DNA of 64,000 nucleotides, from contig OZ176054.1 of NCBI GenBank assembly GCA_964247055.1, forward strand, positions 2,356,001 through 2,420,000. The letters are read 5' to 3'. This document shows, piece by piece, positions 1 through 14,033 of the stretch. Position numbers and translations under genes: made by a program. Position 1 is the stretch's first letter; each line of letters begins with the position of its first letter. Under the pieces are notes generated by a model. It was not told the origin of the DNA. It saw nothing but the letters and a program-made list of their open reading frames with translations, and did no database searches. The DNA comes from Paragordius varius (taxonomy: Eukaryota; Animalia; Nematomorpha).

Positions 1-1057
1 AAAATAATTAATTTGGTATAATGAGCGCTAATTTTGCCACTTTTCAGCTGAGTAATTATCAAAAGAATACTTCTTAAATAACTCCCTTATAGGTCTCAAA
101 ACAAAAAATGTGAGATTTTAAAACTTTGTAAATTACATATAAGTATTATACCAGGATATTTTCTAAGGGCATTGAAGTACATATATATCTTGCTGGTGAT
201 ATTAAAATTTTTAGGTTAAAAATAAATGGCAAGTATCTAAATAAACTATAAATAAAAATTATGAATGTCGGCTTTGACCAGTTTCCGAGACGTATAGGCC
301 CCCAAAAATTCAATAATACTTTTTTACAAATGCGTCGAATATAATCGGCCCATTCTTTGAATTAAGCTCCGTTATTTGACACTGCCCCTGTAAAATATGC
401 AAGAAAAACTAAATCCTAAAAATAATTTTTTAATCCAAGTTTTGAGTTTTTCAATGGAATTTTAAGTATTCCCAGTGTAAAAGCAAAATTTTTAGCCAAG
501 AACTTTTTTAATCAGCCACTGTGCTGGGCTCCACCCTCTGTAAAATCCGCCATTATATAAAAATAACGTGTTTCTTTGGAAGAAAGCTTATGGAACCATA
601 TACATTAAATAATAATATTGGATATTTGCCACTTAGAAGCAATAAAATCGTGTCTGCTTATATCTTTTTGTTTACAAATAACATATTATCAATTTACTTT
701 TGATATTTTCGACTAAGTTACAGCGACGCTGGAAAAAACAAACTCTTAAATAATCTAGTCAAAAAATATATTACGGTATAGAGGAGTAATCATAATTAAC
801 TCCTAAAAATTTTGCATTTAGCTTAAAAATTATCAATTTGAGAAAATTGATAGCGTCCTCAACTATTAGGCAATGTAAAGTTTAATTCGTTGTGGATATT
901 TAATATTAAGATTATTAGACTGAGAAAACAATAATTTATGGTATCTGTATGGAAGATAATTAAACTGCTGAATTAAAATTGTAAAAAATTTGCAATCTAT
1001 TACTTTAAACTTTTAGGTTAATAGTTTCTATGCTTAAATTATTTTTTATATTTATAG

Positions 1058-4000
1058 CGCCATGGTTCTTCGGCTGTCTCAGCAGGGGTATCAAGCACCA
1101 TCAAATCTAAAAGTACGCTAAGCCTAAATTCTGATAAAAATACGATTGCTCATCATCAACAACCATATATAAATACCAACAATAAAAGTCATGGGGGGAT
1201 CATCCATTTACAATTACCTATTAGGGGAGCCGGTAATAAATTCCATAAAAAACTTTTTCGTTCCCTTTCCCGCAAAAAACGGCAACGTTCTCAAACGACA
1301 AACGATGAAATTTTACTGGCCAGTTGGAAAGAGAGTCCAACTAGCAATTCTCAAAACAATGAGCTTACTGACATATTTGATGCTGCCAATGAACAAATGG
1401 ATGTTGGGGAAAACAAATTTGATAAGTAGGATGAAGAATATTTTAACAAAAGGATTCTTTTATCAATTTTGTTTTTTGAACAAATTACTACTCATCTCAA
1501 TAATTAATTATGGTTCATCATGATAATATATGAAAAATCTGATGGTTGATAAATAATTATTTTAACCAACGGATATAACCTTGAATTTTACTTACTAATT
1601 ATGCACCTTAAAAAGCTTTAATCGATGCGGGAATACGTTAATAACTTAAAGAAACGTTTAAACCGCGCCGTTTTTATCAATAAATAATTGAACTAATTTA
1701 ATTTTATAGGGTTCTGGTTTGGGAAATAAAAAAACTGTTTTTGGATTTTTTAAAAAGTTATAAATTTGTTACATCGGGAAGATTTATCATTTTCAACCAT
1801 AACCTTAATCAACAATGTTGTTTGAAACATTACAATAAACAGTCAAATATTATTTTAGAATAGTTTTTGATTAAAACTAATAATCGATAACAACTATCTA
1901 CCTTTGACAAATTAATAAATATTTCTACCCAATTAGATATTTATATATAACTTTTAATTTTAAATTTTTTGTGCCAAAACAGATTTAACTTTTGATATTT
2001 TTCCCAGGCTAAACTTAAACTATATTCCTCAAGTATTAAATTATTCAAAGAGCAATTACTGTTTAAAATATTAATATGGGTAATTTAAAATTTATTTATT
2101 TATATATAGGTCTTCTATTTGTAATATTTTAGTACAGATGTATCAAATCAATCGTCATTTTGCCAAATTGGAGTGAAAATGCCATTAACTTCATCCTATG
2201 ATAATTTACTTTTGGATGAATCCATAAATGACGACATCTTAGGTGAACCATTCAAGTATGATCAATTGAGCCCATATTCCGATTTTTTGGACATTACAGG
2301 TTTCAACATAAATTTTTTCTCTCCCCTAAATTTAAATTAAAGATATCAGCCATTTAAGTAAACGATGTGCTGGTGACAGACTTATAAAATAAGAAAACTA
2401 ATTTATCGACTCTTAAATAATTGACAAAGGTATTGTCAAGAGATTCCTATTGATATGTACATTAAACAAAATAAATTTATATTTTACCATTTTTCAATAG
2501 AATCTTTTGAAGATGCCTTTGGCAAAGCTTTGAGAATCGATAAAATAGTTTATTTTGTTTTTACCATATTTTACGGCGATGACCACGTTTACATTACTCC
2601 CTTATCGTTACCTACTCATTTATTAAGCAAATTTTAAATGACGGTTGCTTTGCGTTACAATAAGTGTAACTAAATTATATTTATTTTATAAATTATCAAG
2701 CTTGATTATGCTCTAGCACGAGCATGACTAAATCGAAAGCAATTATTTATAAGTAAACAGGTAAAGGGTGTAGGGTCGGAAGATCGTCGGACACCTGCCT
2801 TCAAGGCATTCCCTCACCCGTAACGAATTGTGTTTCAGAGCGGGGAGACACATCGGAGGTTGGGTTGACATTAGTATCTACATACATAAATAAATGCCTT
2901 CATGTTAGATGTGTGTGTTTTAATGTAAGTCAGCATGGTTAATAAGACATATGAAGAAATGTTAATTTTGCCGTGTTTGGCATGTAAAAGTAATATTTGA
3001 ATTTAAATAACCGAACAAAGAGCGTTATGGTTCTTACTCCTCAAAGTCATGACAAAGGTATATATCAAATCAAATATAGAGCTTATATCAAGATCTTATC
3101 TTTGGTGCAAAAGGAATCTTCATTTGCCTCTAAATGAGTGTGGCCTTTAAGGTAGACCAATTTTGGAGAGACTAGATGTCCACGTTACCTCTTCGTGCGA
3201 CCATGTCTCAGCTGTACCTTCAACTGGGACGCTAACCCGGGATATATTACGGTTGACCTTTCTCTGAGCTAAGTCTCAACTCCGGACAAAAGAGATGCCG
3301 GTGATTGGTAATCAGCCCTGCTCAAATATCGGCTTCAACATTGCTTTCTAGGATGGCATTGTCCCACATGGCAAGCAATCTCGTTAGAGTCGAGTCTTCA
3401 TGGTTTGAGTTTGCAATGGTACATTTTTTCAGCTCGGAAATATAGAGAGTAAGCCACAATAAAATCCATAGTAATTTATGCGCTACCCTTAACAATTTTA
3501 AATGTAAATATTTATCATCAAATATATACATACTCTTTTCCAAAGAGTGATATAAAATAAAAGTTTATATGCATAAATGCAGTAGTTATGGGAATAAATA
3601 TTTAAAATAAACTAACGACGAATCTGCAATCAAACACTCTATCTGTCAGAGCAAAGGCTCACATAAAATGCCGAAGGTTTTGTCATCTAAAATGATAAGC
3701 AAGTAGTCTCTTAAGAGTGGGTCAACATGGCTTGAGTTTGCATTAGCACATTAGAGATCGCTCGCACGTGGCATGCATGAGAGCCATAATACAAAATATA
3801 AATCATAGTATATGAGGTTACTGTTAACAAATATGAATAGAATGGGTACAAATTATATTTATCAACAGGTAATCATTTCCGAAAATTGATTTAAAAGTAA
3901 AAATTTAGTATATCGTAATCCAATAGATATGAAGAATTAACATTCAAAATAAACTACCAACTACAAAAAGCCATTCTACTCCCTAGGTCAACCTTTCATC

Positions 4001-5639
4001 TTAAACCACCTTTTGCGTAATTTATAGAAATGAGAATTTAAGCTGTGAGCGATAAAGAGTCTACATTCTTGTATGTGTCTTTAGAATAACACACATAAGC
4101 ATTTTAGCGATTAAAGAAAATAGAAATGTTCTTTAGTATGTGGAATCCCTTCATGGTAAGTATAGTCTGGTGGGACGAACTGCCAAAAAGATCCACGTTG
4201 CGTAAAAAATTATGCTCCATAACATAAATCAACTGTTTAAAGCAAATAAAGGATTAATAGTATGGTTGAATCACCGCAAAATTGTTAAATTCAGCCTCGT
4301 CTTATTTCAGAAAACTAAAAAAGTTTTTAGTTTAGAAAAATAAAATGGACCCGTTTGCATCGCTGGTTATCTTGTGAGGCCTCTTGTTTTGCCAAAATAG
4401 TAGAAATCAATTTAGAATTTGTGCGTAGAAACATATAAACTGATTTTTTATAGAACATTGCACTTTAGCTTCGCTCATTAAAGTAAAGGTACTACTAACA
4501 TAAATGATATATAAATGGCTAAAATGCTCGGTTCTGTATGCCGAAAAAATGTCATATTCACTCGTGTTCCTTTTTTTAAAACCCTGAAGATTACTTACAA
4601 AAGAGTCGATAATTTTATGAATAAACATTGATGGAATATTAAGAGCCATTAGGGAAAAGATTGTTGTGTTTTCCAAAAAAAATTTTTATTTAATTTTTTT
4701 AGGCATCGGGTTAAAATACACTTTCTTTTAGATCGATGTCTTTGTGCAATCTGCCTTACATTAAAGCCTACCTGCTTTTCCTATTTAGAGGTTACGGAGA
4801 ACGATGCAATTGAGCATAAGCAAAATTAATACTATAATTCATTATTGTTTGTGGCAATCTTAAATTTAGGTAACAATTCGTGTCATATACTTCACAGAGA
4901 AACATCGTTAATTCTATTGATGGCCCTTGAAAAATATTTTTCAAATTTTTCAAATTTGGTGACTGATAGAAAAAAAATTAAAATTAGCAGATATGGTTGA
5001 CTATAATCGCACGAATATTTTTACACTTCCTAATTTCGCAATATTATATTAAATGGGTTTATAATATTTTTGCCAAAATAATTAGTGTAGGTTCCGTCCT
5101 TTTTCAGCAAAAGATTTTGGTTTGTTTATCGATGTTCAAATGACCCTAATGTTTGGAGACAAATTAATAGCTTTAAAAATATATAAGGCACATGTTATGT
5201 TTATCCATTCCTTGATATAACTTTGGGGTAATAAAGCATAATTTGTTTAATTTTCTATAATCAAATATTAATGGACATTTAAATTTTTCTATAAGCCGTC
5301 AGGTATTTTCTATGTGAAGGAGTCAAAGCTATTTTCACCTAAAACTCTTAGAGGGATGATAAAAAATTATTTCCCAACAAAATCATTTATTGTGGTATTT
5401 TTCCTGCGTACTTAAGGCGCGGAGGGTAGTCTGTCATCGAACGCTTCTGACACTTATTTAAAGCTAGATGGGCCCACCTATTAGTCCAAAAAAGGTTATG
5501 TGCCCTTTCAACTGTTTACCAGGTGCTACAATGTTTAGGAGATTTATAAAACACCCCTTCAGAAACTTATCTTAAAAATTAAATTAACATTTTTCGGAGT
5601 TATTTCCTTTAGTTTTAACTAATTTAGATTTTTAAGATT

Positions 5640-5690
<51 letters not shown>

Positions 5691-8600
5691 TAAATATTTA
5701 GCATAAATATCAACCCATTATTATTGTATTAAAACATATTTTTGCTTAGGAATCGATAAATCTTTCCAAAACAAAATCAAAGAATCCAACACAGGTACGG
5801 ACATTATTGGAAAAAACACTTTTTGTGATACCAAAAGTATTAATTCTGCCTTTGAAAAGTATGCATATGCACACGGATTAGATGTTGCATCAAACAATTT
5901 GGTAACTAATCTAGCAAGTTTTAAAGTATTGTCTTCTAAATCAAACTATCTTTTTATAATTTTTTTACAATAAAAACTATAAAAATTTTACAATCACAAT
6001 TTGGACCATTTAAATCTAAACAATTTTAAGGAATTATTGAAAAAAAAATTGTTATTTAATTACATATTTTTTCACAATATTTGTATTTCATTAAATTTCG
6101 TTATTAGAAATTTTTTTATGAATCGGTTTCCGGGTGAAAAGAAAACGCAAAACATTGACAATTAATTGATAAATATCAAACTAAATACTCTAAAGTCTGC
6201 TTTTTAATTGTTTTTGCAAAATTAATTTATCTTTAATTTAAATTTCCGTTTTATCTATCTATATATTTTAATTAATTGTAAATTGACTTATAAAAATAGC
6301 TAGATCTATATTGATTTTAAGGCAATATACATTTTACCTTTATTTTTTACGAATGCATATTAAAATAAATCTCACCTTTGCACACCTGCACTTATTTTTT
6401 TTCTTTTTAAAGATTTCTAGCATAAAATTTATTTCCGTAAATCTAATTCTTATTGCTATATGTAAAACTTTATGATTTTTATCAACAAGTAATTAATAAA
6501 TTTAGCACGTACTATACGGAAAACAAAAAGTAAAAATTATTTTTTAGTTTAAAAAGCAATAGTTTTAAATATTTAATAACCCTTTTTTAAATACATTTAA
6601 TAAATATATAAGGTTTATAAATTTTAATTCTCAATTCATTTTCACTTTCCGGATAAGAAAGTTTTTATCGTGATACCTGCCTTTAAATTGATGAAAAATT
6701 ATGTCCATAACATTATATTTTAGGGTACTTTTACCAAATATTGAATATAAAACAATGTCCATTTCATTCGATATACGGGATAGGTGGCTATGAATGCTTT
6801 TTGTTAAGTATAAATAATTTATACTATTAATACAACTAAAAAACTGTTGGAAACAAAATCATACATCATATTTTTTCATTAACTTTTTGAATGGTCTTAA
6901 GTAAAATTTGGCTGAAATCCATTTCCGAGTGTATTCATAAGTTTTTACCGATTTTTAGTTAAAAATATCTTATAAAAAATTGTTTCTTTTTACACATTTT
7001 TTATCTCTCAGATAGAATATTAATGCCGTACCAGAAAATTGATTGTGTTGTGTAGAAAAGCTTACATCAAGCCACTTCGAAATAGTTGAAGTGCTGCTCT
7101 GCGAGGATGTGCCCCTTTGATGCGAAGTTGTATTAGTAAATTGTCGCCAGCCCGGAGATTTAAGCAGATGCGAGAAAATATCTCATCGAAGCGATTTTGG
7201 AGTGTTTTTCACTGGTTTTGCTGTGTGAGACAAAGTATTGTCATTTTCTGACTTCCGGTTGTTATAAAGCATGGTTTAAATTAGGTATTGTTAGTGATAG
7301 TGTTGTGCATTAACAATTTCATGGGACCACAAAAGTTTTTACCGATTTGGTCCTGCCTGACAGAGATGGTTATCTTGCTGAAGCAATTTGGCGATATTGT
7401 TGATTATTGGCAAAGTGATTGTCACAATTTTTCCGTTTTGGATTTAGAAAATATATCTATATCTCATAACCCGTCTGTAAAATTCTTTTGTGACTTTGAA
7501 GAACATTCCTAATAAGTGTTGGATTTGACGTTTATTCAAATTATGTGAGACTTATTTAGCGAGCTTTTTAATCTTTCCCATTGCTCGGAAACATCTATTG
7601 ATTTTTTTAGTGATAAATATAATGCTTCTGCCAATCTCCGCTGATTTTCAGTTGGATTATCATCAATAACTCCTTCATTTGATTATCTTTGAAGTAGTAC
7701 CGTCTATGAAGCCCACACCTTTCCCATGAAATCATAACTTTTATATTCGAAATCATGTTTAATGTGTCAATCGATAGAGTATGTTCCCCATATATTTGTC
7801 TACTACCAAACGATAACTTTTAGCATCCTTCTTCGGATGGCAATGTTTGCCGCAAAGGTTGTTTTTAAGGCACAATTAGACATGATTATTATTGAATAAT
7901 AAAAGTTAGATGACACTATTTTCAGCGAACTCATTGTTAGTATTTGTAGTTAATGTTAAATTACAAAATAGGGGCTGCATCAAATTAATAGTCTGCCTAC
8001 TTTTAGCTGAGGTCATCTATTAGTTAAGATAAGTTATGAATACACCTAGTGTTTACAGCATATATTTTGCATTGTAATATTTATATTAATTATCGCATGA
8101 GTACAGATCAGTTATTTTTATGATTGAAAAACCAACCCTAGGCGGTAAGCACTTATGTAGTTCAAACTGAAAATCGAACCATATATTTTAATCTTTTTAT
8201 TTTTTGAATGCTTAAAATAATGATTGATAACAAAATACTCCAACTCTTAACATAAATACATTTTTATGGTTTTTACCGTTCATCCAACAATTTAGCATCA
8301 AAGGTAACTTAACTATAAAATCAATTTTTATGCTTATAGAATACCAAAACCAAGTTACAAAGCATATTCCCGACCAACATAAATAATAATTCTTCTACAA
8401 CCAATAATGATTCGAGTGATAGTCCATCCACTTCTAAATCTAAAACACCAAATTCTTTCCCCCTTAAAGTCGATTATTTAACTTCGACTATGGAAGAAAG
8501 GGGGGGAAATGCTAATCAAATTTCTACAGAACATGATGATTGGATAGATTCCCAAACATCTGTAATAAGTATGGTTGAATGTGTGCCCAAAAACTGTATG

Positions 8601-8759
8601 GATGATAAAAATGACAAGAGTATTGAAGATAAAAATTCTCCAGGAGGGCTGATAAATTTTAATTTATTAGGTAAAAATAAAAATACTTGTACCACCACCA
8701 ACAATGAAGACATGGAATGGGATAGTGATGTTTTATCATTGACACAGGAACCTATTTGA
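1058..8759 (+). CDS. 3' part of an unknown multi-exon gene; Ser/Asn/Thr-rich, probably disordered C-terminus; 5' exons probably lie upstream of the window
   Basis: Four exons with GT-AG boundaries and matching phases: 1058-1425, 2133-2299, 5750-5901, 8340-8759 (stop TGA). They read RHGSSAVSAGVSS...KFHKKLFRSLSRKKRQRS...FDN|TDVSNQ...FLDITG|IDKSFQ...ASNNL|NTKTKL...MEWDSDVLSLTQEPI*. No recognisable domain. Confidence 0.65.
5643..5687. repeat. (TA)n microsatellite
   Basis: Pure AT dinucleotide run. Similar runs lie at ~17659-17681, 21036-21072, 24329-24355 and 36703-36719. Confidence 0.95.
6929..8045 (-). mobile_element. Decayed mariner (Tc1/mariner) element inside intron 3 of the upstream gene
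   Basis: The minus-strand translation, with stops and frameshifts, gives mariner motifs: VIDDNPTENQRRLAEAL, RAMGKIKKLAK*VSHNL (WVPHEL motif), RILQTGYEI*IYFLNPKRK (TGDEKW), DNTLSHTAKPVKNT...DIFSHLLKSP (HDNARPH...YSPDLAP), GHILAEQHF and FWYGIN. A residual TIR GTGTATTCATAA at 6929-6940 is inverted at 8034-8045. Confidence 0.85.
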
Positions 8760-11700
8760 TTGATTTGTACCCTGAAAGAAAAAACTTTTTGTTTTTATGG
8801 GATATTTAAATAAGAATTTATATTTTTAGAATATGTATCTAACAAGTATCTTTAATCATCCAAAGTATTAGATAACATTAATAGGTTGATTAAAGTTTTT
8901 GGATATTTCATTCCAAAATCTAACCTTTTTACATATTTTTTAAAAAAAATCTCCTGACGTATTCCAAATCTATTAGTTTGCTTTTTTAATATTTTGTAAT
9001 AAATTAAAATTTATGGGAGATATCAATTTACCTGTCATTTGCCACATGAAATGTTATTGCAATACTATATATCTACATTATTTTTCTACATTATTGCAAA
9101 GATATTTGATCATTTAAAACTGTTTTTTAATTATAATAATACTATTTAATAAATCAGATTATTTTTAATTATAATTGTGTATTTGTCCATATCCATAAAA
9201 TTGATCACTTTACAATGTTGTTGCTTTTATTGGACTTAGACTTTATAAAATGATAAATAAAGGTGACACAAATTAAATACGTTAGGAGTCACAAATCTAT
9301 GGCGACATGCTTTACAAAAAAACTAAAAATAGTAATCGATACAATAAATAACACTTTTTTATCCATTATTATTATATATCATTAAAGCAGACAAATATTG
9401 ACATTGGATATGATCAGGATTAGTTTAATTATTGTGTAAAATTTTGACACTTGTCACTATAAATATATATTGATGTTAAAAAAATATCTGAATTTAAACT
9501 ATAAAAATTGTTATCATATAAAAATTAGATTTTAGTTTAACACAACTCAGAAATCTTTTTTATATAATTTTAAATTGTTTTTCAAAATATACATAAGTTG
9601 AATTATCTTTTTAATTTTTGTTTTAGATATTATTAAATATATTTTTTATTTGATGTTTAATACATACTCTCTGAAGCAATTCGCAAACACAGTTGCGTAT
9701 GGTAACAAATAACAAATGGTTGAAATTTATTTTTTGCCTATGATTTCAGATTATTTCATATATTTAATAAATATATTTAATAATGGACAAACTTTTATAA
9801 TACCATACGCCCCTATAAACTAATAATCGGGTACAATTATAATTTTTGGACGCATGTAATTATGATGTCTTTTTAAAACATGCGTATATAATTATATACA
9901 AATTATATGCATGCAAAAGAATTTGAATCAACCATAATTAAATTCTGTGGACTGAAACTTCGTATAATATCCTTTACTTCTAAAACTATCCAAAAGATTT
10001 TATATATTAATTTTAAGAAAAAACAAAAAAATGAGACTAGGATCTGGTTTAATATACAGCAAAAGTTAAGTTATTTTTAGATTTAAAGGAGTAAAAGTAA
10101 CCTATAAAAAAATTAATATATAAAAGTTGTTTTATAAGGAGAATGTTTGTCTCTCTCTCATTGTCGGCAAAATTACATATTTTTTTTGAAACATTCTTAA
10201 GTAATTTCAAAGGTAACATAATAATAAAAAATCAATAAAAAAATTATTGTATTAAGGAGATATATCTGTTTATAATATTAACGGCAGCCTTACGCAATAG
10301 AAGATTGGTTGTTTGTAGTCAAAGATATTAAAAATTATGTAATAATCTTAGTGTGTGTTACCAATACCTTGTAATCATATGTATTTGCTTATCATTTCGA
10401 AAAAGTGAAACATTTAAACTTTTAAGAACTACAATCTAAGGAAAGATATGATCTACGAGCGGCTATTTCAAACCTATTATGCAATATTTAATGATCAAAG
10501 AAATATATTATTAAAATGAAAAAGAGATTAATCATGCCGACAAGTTTGTTTTTTTTGAAAGATATCACCTATCACAAAAGAAAAGAAAAGTTATGAAATG
10601 AAATGTAAATAATTTAATTATATTACAGAAATACAAAAAATTATGTCATCTTCAAGTTTTAAAAACGCAAATTGTAAACATGGCTAATATTATAAACTCT
10701 TTAAAAATTATATAACCCAAATTTTGTTTGAAACTTAATTGAATGATCGATACAAATATATTTTTAAATAAAATTTGAAAAGAATTCAGCGAAAAAATCC
10801 AAAGCATTAATATATGTCAAACATATATGAGATACTAGGGCCGTGGGACAATTTAAGTAAATGTTTCTTTTATATTTTTTACCTGTAATCTTTGTTTTAA
10901 GCCTATTTATTTCCTCTCTATCATAATATTTATCTGTCAGTTCATAACAATGTTAAATAGCCTAAAAAATTGTTTGTTTTTCAAATTATTATTTCTATAA
11001 TAATACATTGTTGTTGATAGCTTATTATAAATTATAATTAGAAAGTTTTGGAAATTATATAAATATTTTCCAGTTTTTACAAAGCAGGTAGGTTGTGGGA
11101 AAATTTTAAATATTATTATTGCATTTTTTTTCTTTTAAACTCTTAGCAATCTACTGCAAACACACAAAGAAAGATATGTTTTGTTTCTCTTTAAATATTT
11201 TCCCAGGTATACCTTTTAAATGAAAAAAAAATCAAATAAAAAATTTATTCAAAAACATGTTAAACACAGGTGTTCCTACAAATGCTTTAATTGATATAAC
11301 TATTAAATAAAGATTTTTTTTGCATTTCTACAATTCAATATAATATTTATTCTAATTAAAATAAAAAGTAAATAAAAATATTAGTAATTTAACAGATTGC
11401 TAAATCAAGCGAATTAATTAGGCCTTTTAGTATTGAATTTTAATTTTATTATAAGGTCAGTGATTTTTTGCCTGTGTATTAATCCATATTGATTAAATTA
11501 TAAAAGGGGAACGAGAATTCACATATATACAATATGTAGAGATAAAAAGTAAAATAATTTCTCCCACAAGACTATGTCATAAAAAATGACTGAAAAATAG
11601 CCTAAAAAAGATAAAATTATCGATTTTTTTGTTACACATGAAAATTATATCATTGATATTATTTATAGAAAAATCCTAGCCACTAACTATAAAAATATTT

Positions 11701-12614
11701 AGAGTTGTGCAATACGGTCAGCAAAACGCTACTAAAAGTATTGCGTTTTAGGGAGCTAGCCAGCTAGCATATTGCTTCTTACATATAAACACTAATTTTG
11801 AGAAAAATGTAACAGATGTCATTTTATATACATTGTAAAAACTGTATCTGTCGAGATTTGTAGAGTGAGACATAAAACTGTATCACTTTGCCTGGCATTT
11901 CACAATTTTCCCACACTTTATCATGAATTTTTTTTGGTGTATAGTATGGATGTGTGTCTGACGAAATCAGAACAAAATGTATACATATAACATTTTTTTA
12001 GTTTATATAAGGTTGGTACGTGTTTTTCAAGGTAGGAACTAATGTTTATATTAAAAAAATTTATGTTAATTAATACCTTTCTAAAATATTGTAAAAGTCA
12101 ATTATGTGACTTTCTTAAAAAATATTTTGAAGATTGACGACAAATCAATCGATTGATTGCTTATTTAATTTTCTCACCTCTAATTTAAAATGCATCGCTT
12201 CTCATCCCTTATAAAATACCCAAATTACATGACTTAAAACAAAACGTAAATTTTTTTTCTCATTGGTATTATTTTATATTATATGTGGCAGATGTGCAAT
12301 TGAATCATTATTATAATTATAAATTACCTGTGTACATATACACTACCTTAAAAAGATTGACTCACACACATCCATATAATTATAGGTGTTCTATGTAAAA
12401 AATTATTTTCACATCAATGAGATACGATGGGGAGAGAGCACAAAAGGTGTCTTTTTATGTGACAATTTTTTACATACACAACATTTATTTGTAATATTAA
12501 CATGTGTTCATCTAAAGACAGGGAAAAAAATTATCTGTAAAGTGACATAAGGCATACATACACACCAAAACACACATTAAAAAATATACAATCTAAGTAG
12601 AGAGAGAGAAAAGG

Positions 12615-12622
12615 TATAAAAA
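12615..12622 (+). promoter_or_regulatory. Probable TATA box of the bHLH gene
   Basis: GGTATAAAAAGG follows a (GA)n tract and lies ~220 nt upstream of the ATG at 12840. A matching polyA signal AATAAA is at 13857-13862. Confidence 0.5.
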
Positions 12623-12839
12623 GGAACCTATCTTGACTGCAAAATCATTTTAACACTTTTCCTGCTCTCTTTACAATTTCTTCTTATTCGAATCTCCTCG
12701 ATAAAATTTAAATTTTATTATATCACGTATTGTTATTATTCATTCATTTGTTTACCAATTTTAAAATTTAAATACTTATACGCTCTTGAACACACAAAAG
12801 TTTTTAATTTTCTGAATCTATACTATTATTATTATCATT

Positions 12840-13673
12840 ATGATACTTATTGAGCAAATGGACAAACCTTATGGAAAAATTAGCATTCCATGCGATGAGG
12901 GATTACAGATGGATTCGAATGAGACAAGAGTGCACAATACAAGTGCAGAGGAAGTGATGTGTTATGAAAAATCTTTATCAATCCTCTTGAGAAGAAACAT
13001 TACAGATGTAATGCCACATTCTATTCACAACAATAATATTAATAATTATTACAGCTCTAATTCACAATATATGAGAACCAATAATAATAATAATAATTAT
13101 AACAACACTATAATTAATAATGGTCAACAGTATCAAGGACAATGTCTAAACAAAAATTCCGTATACATTCCAAATATTCCTTGTCCTAAAAGTTATAACC
13201 CTACCATGCAACAAAATGCCTTAGATCAATCGCTTGAAACACATTGTCCCTTAATTACAGCCAGTTTATATAATAATAATAATAGCGAACTTAAACACAA
13301 TATCCTTACGGCATATGATAACAAACACAAATTTTCAGCCACGCGAGATCTTCAAGAACGTTTTGGTGCACGAAAACTCCTTAATGAACGCCGCAAAAAA
13401 CGGATGAAAAAAATTATTTACAAACGTGAATTCATGAAGCTTAAAAATGTCATTCCATCCCTGGCGACAAAATCGGCTAATCGTATTGATGAACTTACCA
13501 TTTTGAATGAAGCTATTAGGCATATAGCTGAGTTAGAATCCCTAATTATGCAAAAATATGAAGGTCAATCCGCAAATTCAAATTTCAATTCCCAAGGCGG
13601 TTCTTCTATAACATCATTCCCTTCACATATTCTTCAAGAAGTTATGTTAAAATTGGCCAATTCTCGCCTGTAA
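12840..13673 (+). CDS. Intronless helix-loop-helix protein (277 aa) with an Asn-rich N-terminus and an atypical basic region
   Basis: Single ORF containing RKLLNERRKKRMKKIIYKREFMKLKNVIPSLATKSANRIDELTILNEAIRHIAELES, i.e. helix 1 'F..L...IP', a loop, and helix 2 'IL.EAI.HI.EL'. Confidence 0.85.
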   Translation: MILIEQMDKPYGKISIPCDEGLQMDSNETRVHNTSAEEVMCYEKSLSILLRRNITDVMPHSIHNNNINNYYSSNSQYMRTNNNNNNYNNTIINNGQQYQGQCLNKNSVYIPNIPCPKSYNPTMQQNALDQSLETHCPLITASLYNNNNSELKHNILTAYDNKHKFSATRDLQERFGARKLLNERRKKRMKKIIYKREFMKLKNVIPSLATKSANRIDELTILNEAIRHIAELESLIMQKYEGQSANSNFNSQGGSSITSFPSHILQEVMLKLANSRL

Positions 13674-14033
13674 TTTTGATAATCGTATCCCCTAAAATAA
13701 GGACAAAAGCCCAGTGATAAACCAAATGGCATGATTGAAAGTTTATGGAAAAGTTTCGCTTGCCGAATAATACAAATCGAACTATGAAAGACACAATTTA
13801 TAAATTTATTCATTTTATATTGTAATTTTAAAATTATATGTTAAATATATTGCCTCAATAAATGAGCTTATACAAATATATTATTAAATTTTGTTTATGA
13901 CATAATTATGGGTTTGTTCTGATTGTTGTGTAGGATTGTCAAGTTCAATCACCATTTTAATCAATGTTTTTTTGTCTTTACATCAGTTTTTTTTCAACAA
14001 AAAATGAATGTTAATTTTAATTGATAAGTATAA

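Noticed and set aside
7760-7940. Apparent LINE RT motifs (FAENS, KYMG) on the minus strand
   Set aside because: The segment lies within the mariner element's 5' region, and the other RT motifs are absent.
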